From positions 1 to 55,417 of the forward strand of contig JAHQVL010000074.1 in NCBI GenBank assembly GCA_019634345.1: DNA of 55,417 nt, read 5' to 3'. Under the pieces are notes generated by a model that was not told the DNA's origin, made no database searches, and saw only the letters and a list, made by a program, of their open reading frames with translations. The position numbers and the translations under genes were made by a program. The DNA comes from Rhodothermaceae bacterium (GTDB lineage: Bacteria; Bacteroidota; Rhodothermia; Rhodothermales; JAHQVL01). The stretch's first letter is position 1; every line of letters begins with the position of its first letter. Shown here piece after piece: positions 42,821 through 51,048 of this stretch.

Positions 42821-43633
42821 CTAGGGACGAAGTGAATGCATTAGCTTTTTCGCTTCTTCTGCCGCCTTTTGGGCGAAATCTGCACCTGCACTCGCATAAA
42901 GGATAGAACGACTGCTATTCACTGCAATACTTCCGTGTCCTTTGTATGTCGCCTGCATGACGGTTTTTGCATCTCCGCCTTGTGCACCGACGCCGGGAAT
43001 GAGGAAAGGCATGTCAGGTGCAAGTTTTCGAATCTCTGCCATGGCCGATCCGTTGGTTGCGCCAACAACCAATGCCGTACAGCCAGGATGAGAGTTTGCT
43101 TGTTTAGCAAGTTGGCTGACTAAGATTTTATAGAGTGAATCTTCCCCTATTTTTTGTTCTTGAAGATCAGCGCCTCCCGGGTTTGATGTTCGTGCTAGCA
43201 CAAAAGCCGCTTTCTCAGAATAAGCTAGAAAAGGGGCTATACTGTCTGCACCCATATAGGGAGAAACGGTGCAGGCATCAAAATCCAACACCTCAAATAC
43301 AGATTGAGCATAAAATTTCGCAGAATTACCTATGTCTCCTCGCTTGTTGTCTGCTATTGCTGGGATATCGGCCGGAATTAAACGACGGGTCCGTTCTAAT
43401 ACATCCCAACCTGCCGTTCCAAAGCGCTCATAAAAAGCAAAATTTAGCTTAAAGGAGCTCGCAAAGGGGAGGGTGGATTCAATTATAGCCTCATTAAATG
43501 CAAGAATTCTTTCTGTAGGTGAAAGTTCAGGATAAAAATGGATCGGTAGGCGTTCAATGTCAGGGTCAAGGCCTACGCAGAGCACGGACTGTTTTTTGCT
43601 TTGGGCTGCTACTAGTTTAGCGTGGAAATTCAT
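42821..43633 (-). CDS. pyrF: Orotidine-5'-phosphate decarboxylase
   Basis: LCVGLDP, DNKRGDIG, RTSNPG, VVGAT, PGVGAQGG and NSSRSI motifs. Confidence 0.96.
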   Translation of the reverse strand: MNFHAKLVAAQSKKQSVLCVGLDPDIERLPIHFYPELSPTERILAFNEAIIESTLPFASSFKLNFAFYERFGTAGWDVLERTRRLIPADIPAIADNKRGDIGNSAKFYAQSVFEVLDFDACTVSPYMGADSIAPFLAYSEKAAFVLARTSNPGGADLQEQKIGEDSLYKILVSQLAKQANSHPGCTALVVGATNGSAMAEIRKLAPDMPFLIPGVGAQGGDAKTVMQATYKGHGSIAVNSSRSILYASAGADFAQKAAEEAKKLMHSLRP

Positions 43634-43897
43634 TTTTATTTAGAATGGGTTATCTAGTCTTTGCTATGCAGTCGCTTTAGAAATTTTTGAGTACTGCAGC
43701 GGTTTGGTTGGCAGTGAAAGTTTCAGTTGGGCTACTGTATCTACTAGGAACACCAATCCCTAATGATTGTAGGCTTTTTTGACTGGAAGGGGTTTTTTGA
43801 CCGTGTAAGGGGATGTTTTTTAATCAAGCTTACAGGTGTGGAATCCGTCCATAATGGATTGTGATTAGGTACCACCGAAAAAATAGAACAAAATAAT

Positions 43898-45976
43898 ATG
43901 GCCATAAATAGTCTAGGCGATTTAAAAAAAGTATCTGCCGAAGATCGTAAGATGATTCGGGATATAGAAAAGATGATGGGCCCTGAGCCCAATGAAATCG
44001 GGTTTGTTAAGAATTTATTTTCCGGGCGCATGAGGAATGATTTAATCTTTCCTTACCCCCGCGAAAGTAAGGCAGAACGGGATAAATGTGATGCCCTTCT
44101 CGAAAAACTTGAAATTTATTTAAAAGAAGAGCATCCAGCCGTTCAAATAGATGAAGAGCAGTTTATTCCTGAGTGGGCGTTGAAGAAGCTGTTTGAATTG
44201 GGTGTCATGGGAATGACGGTTCCTGAAGAGTATGGTGGATTAGGACTGGGGGTTACCAGTTACAATCGCGTTCTCGAGATGATAGGGAGTTATTGCGGTT
44301 CTACCGCAGTGGTTGTTTCTGCTCACCAGTCCATTGGTTGTAAGGCCATCATGCTTTTTGGATCTGATGAGCAGAAGGGCAGATACTTACCAAAGGTTTC
44401 TAGAGATTATTTATCCGCCTTCTGTTTGTCAGAACCCGATGTAGGATCAGATGCTGCCGGGCAGCAGACGCGGTGTGAATTGAGTGAAGATGGTGAGTAC
44501 TTTATCTTGAATGGTGAAAAAAAATGGAGTACATCTGGTGCATTGGCTGGAATGTTCACCGTTATGGCCAAACAAGAAATAAAAGACCCCAGAACGGGTA
44601 AAATGCGGGACGGTGTGACTGCTCTTATTTGCACACCGGATATGGAAGGCATTGACATATTTGAAAAAAACCGCAGCAAGACAGGCATTCGAGGTACATG
44701 GCAGGCGCGTATTCGATTTACTGACGTAAAGGTCCCTAAAGAAAACCTGCTTCACATCCAAGGGAAAGGGCTCAATGTTGCATTGACTTGCTTGAATTAC
44801 GGCCGCTGTACATTATCTGCTGGCGTAACTGGTGCAGCTAAGCGTGCAATGGATCAGAGCATTAAATGGGCTCAGACACGTTATCAGTTTGATCGGCCTT
44901 TGGCGGATTTTGAACTCGTCCAGCAAAAAATAGCACGCATGGCTGCACTGACCTATGCGATGGATGCGGTGTTGTATATGATGACGGGTATGCTGGATCG
45001 GCATGATCGTGATATTATGGTTGAGACGGCGATTACAAAAGTGTTATCCTCACACATGGGATGGGATGTAATCGATACCGCCATGCAGATTATGGGCGGA
45101 GAGGGATACATAACAGAGAATGAGTTTGAGCGCTTGTGGCGCGACAATCGTATTCATCGAATTGTTGAGGGATCGAATGAGGTGATGCAGTCCTTCATTT
45201 TTGCGTATGGAGGGAAGCAGTTAGCAGAGCAGATGGTTGGGATTCAGCAGGCATTAACGTGGGATAGTGATGACACACTGGGAGCCAACGTCAAGCGAAT
45301 CCTTGGAAACGCGTTGAACACCGAGATCATGAAGAGAGCAATTCCTCTTGGCGCACAGATGTTCTTGGGTGTATTGCCAGCAAAACCACAGGTAGAAGGG
45401 TGCCATCCTATCCTTGATAAATATGCTCGGAGGCTAGCAATATTAATCCAACGGCACGGCCATGCATTCAAACAGGCCAGCAATTGGAATAGAGAGGAGA
45501 TCGTTAAGCGACAGGCTGTCCAGGCAAGATTGGCTGATAATGCAATATATATGTTCGCCCTTTCTGCTTCTTTATCCAAGATGGACTATCAAATTAGAAG
45601 CGGGGAATATGGCACTGCATTCGAACGTGATCGTGCTGCATTGGCCCATTTGTTTGACTTATTCGAGCTTGAGTTCTACAAAAACATCGGAGAAATCCGT
45701 CATAATGCAGATGAGAGCATGAGAAGTGCTGCAGAAGCTGCAAGGCGGCATAATGATACTTTGCCAAACAGTGATTTTGTCATTCATGAGTCTTCTCCGG
45801 TTGCAAAGGGGACTGGAAAGGTTCTTCCTCGCGAGCATATCAAACAATTTCCAGGCGACAATTATAATGACGCAGGTGGGGACGGAGCCGTTGTAAGTAA
45901 AGAGAAAACGACTCTGAAAACTGCATCGAAAAGGAAGCCATCATCGGGGCGTAAGAAAAGTACTTCCGAATCTTAA
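43898..45976 (+). CDS. Long (VLCAD/ACAD9-like) acyl-CoA dehydrogenase
   Basis: PEEYGGLG, AHQSIG, FCLSEPDVGSD, LNGEKKW, RYQF and RIVEGSNE motifs; C-terminal extension. Confidence 0.93.
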   Translation: MAINSLGDLKKVSAEDRKMIRDIEKMMGPEPNEIGFVKNLFSGRMRNDLIFPYPRESKAERDKCDALLEKLEIYLKEEHPAVQIDEEQFIPEWALKKLFELGVMGMTVPEEYGGLGLGVTSYNRVLEMIGSYCGSTAVVVSAHQSIGCKAIMLFGSDEQKGRYLPKVSRDYLSAFCLSEPDVGSDAAGQQTRCELSEDGEYFILNGEKKWSTSGALAGMFTVMAKQEIKDPRTGKMRDGVTALICTPDMEGIDIFEKNRSKTGIRGTWQARIRFTDVKVPKENLLHIQGKGLNVALTCLNYGRCTLSAGVTGAAKRAMDQSIKWAQTRYQFDRPLADFELVQQKIARMAALTYAMDAVLYMMTGMLDRHDRDIMVETAITKVLSSHMGWDVIDTAMQIMGGEGYITENEFERLWRDNRIHRIVEGSNEVMQSFIFAYGGKQLAEQMVGIQQALTWDSDDTLGANVKRILGNALNTEIMKRAIPLGAQMFLGVLPAKPQVEGCHPILDKYARRLAILIQRHGHAFKQASNWNREEIVKRQAVQARLADNAIYMFALSASLSKMDYQIRSGEYGTAFERDRAALAHLFDLFELEFYKNIGEIRHNADESMRSAAEAARRHNDTLPNSDFVIHESSPVAKGTGKVLPREHIKQFPGDNYNDAGGDGAVVSKEKTTLKTASKRKPSSGRKKSTSES

Positions 45977-45993
45977 TGGCTTTAGATACTAAA

Positions 45994-46029
45994 AAAAGGG
46001 ATATTCTAGGTAACTGGAATATCCCTTTT
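45994..46029 (+). terminator. Intrinsic terminator after the acyl-CoA dehydrogenase
   Basis: AAAAGGGATATTC...GAATATCCCTTTT. Confidence 0.8.
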
Positions 46030-46173
46030 GCATAAAACAAAATCGGAGCCTCACTGCGTTCTTTGAACAAGCAAGACTCCGATTTGCCACCGTATGTATG
46101 ACTACCACATTGTTAATACACAACGCATTGAGTGCATGCGTAACACAAAATGAAAAAAAATCACAAATATTTT

Positions 46174-46219
46174 GGAATGTATAATCGAGGGGCTCGTCTA
46201 TGATCACAGTGTGATCATA
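46174..46219 (+). promoter_or_regulatory. ECF-like promoter with an abutting perfect 21-bp palindrome (candidate operator)
   Basis: GGAAT-N16-CGTC (46174-46198), then TATGATCACA-G-TGTGATCATA (46199-46219). Confidence 0.55.
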
Positions 46220-46245
46220 AAATTTTCCAATACCCTTACGCGTTT

Positions 46246-46908
46246 GTGTTTTTAAGAGTGTATCAAACTTATAACAACGTGCAGAACGAACCTATTAATC
46301 GGAGAACGAATGAATCAGTGAATATTGCTTCAGGTAATATTGATGAGCGGAGAGGTAGGTTCAGCAGATGGAGCCAGAAGATTCGAGAGTCTGATCGCGC
46401 TGCTTATTCTGAACTCTTTCGGGCAATGAGCTCTAAGCTGGTTCGTTATGCATACGGTATTACTAAAGATGAGGCCAGTGCTTATGATGTGCTACAGGAT
46501 GTTTTCCTGAAGTTGTGGGAGATGAGACAGAAGCTCAACCCTGAGTCTTCACTACAATCGCTATTGTATACTATGACACGGAATGCGTCATTAAATGTTA
46601 ATAGAAGGCAAGGATACCTGGTTCATGATGACCAGGTTATGCAGTTGAGCGATGTCAAAAACTCTGTTTCTTCTCATTCTTCGGATGAAAAACTGGATGC
46701 ACAAGATCTAGCTGAGAAAATTGACAGTTGGATCCAAGAGCTTCCTGAGCGGAGAAAAGAGGCGTTTATCTTGAGCCGAAGGCATGATTTCTCACACAGG
46801 GAGATTAGTGAAATTATGGGCTTAAGTGAGCGGACTGTAAATACGCATATATTTCTAGCACTGAAGCATCTAAGAAGTAAATTGGACGCATTGCAAAACG
46901 ATCGTTAA
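46246..46908 (+). CDS. ECF RNA polymerase sigma-70 factor (FecI-like, Bacteroidota expansion type)
   Basis: DVLQDVFLKLWE region 2; LPERRKEAFILSR...SHREISEIMGLSERTV region 4. The start may be GTG 46279. Confidence 0.92.
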   Translation: MFLRVYQTYNNVQNEPINRRTNESVNIASGNIDERRGRFSRWSQKIRESDRAAYSELFRAMSSKLVRYAYGITKDEASAYDVLQDVFLKLWEMRQKLNPESSLQSLLYTMTRNASLNVNRRQGYLVHDDQVMQLSDVKNSVSSHSSDEKLDAQDLAEKIDSWIQELPERRKEAFILSRRHDFSHREISEIMGLSERTVNTHIFLALKHLRSKLDALQNDR

Positions 46909-46911
46909 GTC

Positions 46912-47895
46912 GTGAAAACACCAGAAAACAAAATCAAGAAATTACCTGCCGAACTTGATACAGAGTTACAAAACTTGTCTGATTCAGAAGTGCAAGGACT
47001 AAAAGAAGTATGGGATCTCGCTAGTTTTCCTGCTTCGTCTCCTTTTCCTGATCCCTCGAAGTTGGATCAGGTATGGAATGCTGTAGATGAGAAGATAAGC
47101 GAAGGCGTAAGGGAGCCACAGTTTCAGCGTAAGGATGACAGGCCCGCTGTTGGGAAAAGACAGAGTGGTCGTATTATTCCCATGCGCTGGGTTGCTATGG
47201 CAGCTGTCTTGATCATCGGAGCTATAGGGGCAAGGATGTGGCTTGCACCGGTCACTTTGACTGTCCCGTATGGTGAAACGGCTTCTGTTCAGTTGTCTGA
47301 TGGCTCGATGGTGGAGTTGAATAGCGGATCTACGATAAAATATGCTCGATCATTTGGTGAGGAGCGTAGAGTATCTCTTCAAGGAGAAGCTTTTTTTGAT
47401 GTTGAAGAAGAGAGTAGACCCTTTATAGTTGAAACGTTCAACGGTTCAGTACGCGTACTTGGTACAACCTTTAACGTGAAGGCTTGGGACGATGAATCAA
47501 AAACGGTTGTTGCCCTTCAGTCTGGCAGTGTGCAGGTTGCCGGCCTGGTTAATGAAGATAGCTCTAAGCGTCTTAACCCGGGGCAAACAGCAAGAATTCA
47601 GAACGAAGAAATTTTGCTCAGCCCAACAGAGGAGGGATTGGTGCCTGCCTCTTTAGCCTGGCGCTCTGGAGACTTTTCCTATTCTGAAGAAGAATTAAGT
47701 GCTGTTCTCCATGACATAGAACGTCGTTTTGACACCGTCATTGCAATGTCCTCCGATGCTATGGGTAGCAGAAAGACGAAGTATAGCCGGAAGAATCCTG
47801 GGTCTGCCAGTATTGTTCTTGAAGAGCTCTGTACTTCGTTAGGGCTCGCATTCCGTACAACCAGTGAAGGATTCGAGGTATTTGATCCTCAATAA
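46912..47895 (+). CDS. FecR family anti-sigma factor
   Basis: Single TM; LSDGSMVELNSGS, GEAFFDV, PFIV, VLGTTFNV and AWRSG motifs. Confidence 0.92.
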   Translation: MKTPENKIKKLPAELDTELQNLSDSEVQGLKEVWDLASFPASSPFPDPSKLDQVWNAVDEKISEGVREPQFQRKDDRPAVGKRQSGRIIPMRWVAMAAVLIIGAIGARMWLAPVTLTVPYGETASVQLSDGSMVELNSGSTIKYARSFGEERRVSLQGEAFFDVEEESRPFIVETFNGSVRVLGTTFNVKAWDDESKTVVALQSGSVQVAGLVNEDSSKRLNPGQTARIQNEEILLSPTEEGLVPASLAWRSGDFSYSEEELSAVLHDIERRFDTVIAMSSDAMGSRKTKYSRKNPGSASIVLEELCTSLGLAFRTTSEGFEVFDPQ

Positions 47896-47910
47896 AAACA
47901 GGAAAGCGTA

Positions 47911-50841
47911 ATGCGGACACCATTGAACTTACTGGATTTCAATGACCGGCTCACTAAAACGAGTCGGTCTTTTCTGCTTTTCTGTTTTCTCTGTATATCG
48001 CTAGTGAACGTAGGGTATTCGCAAGACACTGAAGATTCAAATAAGCGATATACTGTTGATCTGAGGGGCATACCGCTAAGCGATGCCTTCGATAAGGTTG
48101 TTGAGTTATCCTCTATAAATCTTGCATTGGATTTCCAGTTGATAGACGGAAAAGTCTCAACGTGTAGCGCGGTAGATTTGCCCTTAAGGGAGATGTTGGA
48201 GTGCTTGATTGTTGGGACTGGGCTTGAGATCAAAAGACTGCCATCAGGGACGTTCATTGTAACCCAAAAGCTTGATATCGCTGCTGCCGATAATCCAGGA
48301 GAACTAACTGGGCGAGTCGTCGATTTTGAATCTGGGGAGCCGTTAATCAGCGCTCATGTATTACTCGCCCAAGCTAATACAGGTGATATTACAAATACAT
48401 CAGGCCGGTTTTCATTTTCTCGCCTTAATCCAGGGACATATAAAATCGCAGTCACTTATATCGGGTATCAGGACTTTGTAGACACCGTGAGGGTTGAAGC
48501 TGGGGAGAATAAGCAGATTGAGCTTGGGATGAAGGTTGAACCGTTAATTAGTGCGCCAATCATTGTTAACGGACTTGTACCTCGCTTTTCATCTGAGCTA
48601 TTAGAGGCTGATACATTAAGCACAAGCGTCTCTGCCAGCTCGTACTCTGGAGATGTATTGCGCAGTGTTGAAACAGTAATAGGCGTTCATGTGGGAGATG
48701 CTTTCGCAGATGTGCATGTCCAAGGCGGTGGAGCTGGAGAGCATCAATATCGTCTGGATGGAGCTCCGGTATTTGTGCCCATGCATCAAGGAGGTTTGGT
48801 CGGTCCGTTCAGTGCATTTGCTCTCGATAAATTTACGGTCCATAAAGCAGGCTATGGTGTGACGCATGGGAGTTCACTTTCCGGCGTAATTGAAGTAAAT
48901 CATCGCCTGACGCCAATAGTAGGCAACCGATTTGATTTGCAGATTGATCCTTTAAGTGTGAATGCCCTCGCTATGGGCAGTTTAGGTAACCGGGAGCAAG
49001 TAGGAGTGAACTGGATGGTAGCTGGTCGCCAGGGCTTATGGTCTTTGTATAGGCCTCCCGCTTTGTCTGATCATTTGAGCCAATGGAGTTCTCCGGACTA
49101 TTTCTTGCTGAGAGCCTTGTCTCCTGTAAAGGAGGTGAAGCAACATGCCAGGTATCCGGCCTATAGTAGCCGAATTGGTCCAGAGCCGCTTACTTCGGAA
49201 TGGTTGAATGTGATGCCGGCGAATAGTTTTCAGGATGACTTTAACTTCTATGACATCCATTCAGCCCTGCGCATCCATTTAGGATCTACAAAGAGTATAC
49301 ATGCATCGCTTTACAAGGGGGGGAATCGACTCGGCGATGAGGAGGTGTTGCTTGGCCGTAATATAAATAACGGTGAAGGCAGTGGTGGTGTTGAAGACTT
49401 GCTTACTATGGATTCCCAACTTACCTGGAATAACACCATTGCTCAGGTAAAGTATGAGCATATTATCGGCAGGAGAATGTTTGCTGAATGGAGTACCTGG
49501 TATAGCGGTCTTGACTTCACACAGGACATGACACCTGATACGTTTGCTTACTCAATTGAAGTCCCCCCTGAGTATTCGCATATGAATGGCGGTGATTCAG
49601 TACAAGGGACAAGATCGAGATACAATACAGATCTCAAGGCAGACGATCGAAATTCCATCGCAGAGATTGGATTTAAATCAGAGCTTAATTATTCCTTAAA
49701 CAATAAGCACTTCTTTACCTGGGGCCTAGAGAGCGTGCGCTCTGAAAGCGACTTCGTTCTAAACTTGCTTTCGCCATTGCCTGAAGGACGAAGGCCGGCT
49801 TCTGCGTTTGTGTCTTTGCCTTCTTCCCATTGGAGATGGACAGGATATATCGAAGATTCGATTTCATTCAGTGACCAAACAAATGTAAACATCGGTCTTC
49901 GCCTGACAACTTTAGATAGCCAGGGACCCATCTATGCAGAGCCTCGTGTCGCTTTTCGGCACGATGCAAAGAAAAGCATTATCGGGCCTTGGGCATTTCG
50001 GGCCGCGGTTGGTTTGTATCGCCAATACGTGAATCAATTTGACGTAGCGTCGTTGAACCTGAATGCCCTATTCTCAAATGCACGATTTTGGTTGCCAGTT
50101 GATGAGACGGTGAATCCTTCCCGGTCCCTGCATGCCTCAGGAGCCTTTTTGTTCATGCCTGATCCTTCATGGCGTGTTCGCCTGGAAGGGTACTACAAGT
50201 GGCAGCCGCATCTACTTGTGATCGATTATCATCGATCCAGTATAACGGATCGCTTTCAAAGTGCTGTCAGAACCCAAAGTGATTTGTTGATTGGTGCCGA
50301 TGGGTACGGGTATGGGGCTGCGATCTCTTTTGAGAAGAATACGGCATCGGCCAGTGCCTCTGCGAGGTATGAATTTAGCTTTGCAGAGCAGCGAATTCCT
50401 AATCGATTTGATGGAAACTACCTAATGGTACCCTGGAATATCCCTCATCGGATTACTACCTCATTTGATGTTGCACTCAGCGATGACTTTACATTTGTGG
50501 GAAGAGTTGAGAATCAAATAGGTAGAGCGTGGGCCTATAGAGATGCTTATTACAACTTCTTGGAGCCCTCAGACGTGTTTGGTGCATTTGGGGCGTATGA
50601 ATTGTCGGACCCGGAATCTCATCGATTGCCACTAATTACTAAGCTGGATCTGGGTTTTTCGTATACGCGAAGAATCAACAATTCCAGGCTTCAAGTCCGC
50701 TTGGATCTGGCAAACCTGTTAAGCAATTCGAATATCGAAGAGTGGATGTTGATCTATGATGAAAGCTCAGAGGCATTCATGAGAGAAGAACGAACGTTGA
50801 CTCCTTTCTTCCCTTCGCTCACCGTGCGTTTTGGGTGGTAG
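47911..50841 (+). CDS. TonB-dependent receptor/transducer with an N-terminal signalling extension and a carboxypeptidase-regulatory-like domain
   Basis: STN-like N-terminus; GRVVDFESGEPL...TYIGY; plug VQGGG...DGAPV; EPRVA; C-terminal FFPSLTVRFGW. Confidence 0.88.
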   Translation: MRTPLNLLDFNDRLTKTSRSFLLFCFLCISLVNVGYSQDTEDSNKRYTVDLRGIPLSDAFDKVVELSSINLALDFQLIDGKVSTCSAVDLPLREMLECLIVGTGLEIKRLPSGTFIVTQKLDIAAADNPGELTGRVVDFESGEPLISAHVLLAQANTGDITNTSGRFSFSRLNPGTYKIAVTYIGYQDFVDTVRVEAGENKQIELGMKVEPLISAPIIVNGLVPRFSSELLEADTLSTSVSASSYSGDVLRSVETVIGVHVGDAFADVHVQGGGAGEHQYRLDGAPVFVPMHQGGLVGPFSAFALDKFTVHKAGYGVTHGSSLSGVIEVNHRLTPIVGNRFDLQIDPLSVNALAMGSLGNREQVGVNWMVAGRQGLWSLYRPPALSDHLSQWSSPDYFLLRALSPVKEVKQHARYPAYSSRIGPEPLTSEWLNVMPANSFQDDFNFYDIHSALRIHLGSTKSIHASLYKGGNRLGDEEVLLGRNINNGEGSGGVEDLLTMDSQLTWNNTIAQVKYEHIIGRRMFAEWSTWYSGLDFTQDMTPDTFAYSIEVPPEYSHMNGGDSVQGTRSRYNTDLKADDRNSIAEIGFKSELNYSLNNKHFFTWGLESVRSESDFVLNLLSPLPEGRRPASAFVSLPSSHWRWTGYIEDSISFSDQTNVNIGLRLTTLDSQGPIYAEPRVAFRHDAKKSIIGPWAFRAAVGLYRQYVNQFDVASLNLNALFSNARFWLPVDETVNPSRSLHASGAFLFMPDPSWRVRLEGYYKWQPHLLVIDYHRSSITDRFQSAVRTQSDLLIGADGYGYGAAISFEKNTASASASARYEFSFAEQRIPNRFDGNYLMVPWNIPHRITTSFDVALSDDFTFVGRVENQIGRAWAYRDAYYNFLEPSDVFGAFGAYELSDPESHRLPLITKLDLGFSYTRRINNSRLQVRLDLANLLSNSNIEEWMLIYDESSEAFMREERTLTPFFPSLTVRFGW

Positions 50842-50842
50842 A

Positions 50843-51040
50843 TCAGTCATCTTCCTGCCGGACATCAACAAAAATTGTCTCTTCTTGCTGTACAGATACA
50901 GTAATTATAATAGGCCGGCAGCACACTTCGCAGTCTTCTATATAAGACTGCGAAGGAACGGATGGGTCAATAAGCAACACGATTTGCTCTCCACAATAAG
51001 GACAACCAATCTCATGCTCTTGTATCTGGTGTAAGGTCAT
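50843..51040 (-). CDS. CPXCG-motif cysteine-rich small protein
   Basis: CPYCGE...IDPS...YIEDCEVCCRPI. Confidence 0.9.
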   Translation of the reverse strand: MTLHQIQEHEIGCPYCGEQIVLLIDPSVPSQSYIEDCEVCCRPIIITVSVQQEETIFVDVRQEDD

Positions 51041-51048
51041 TCAGTATC

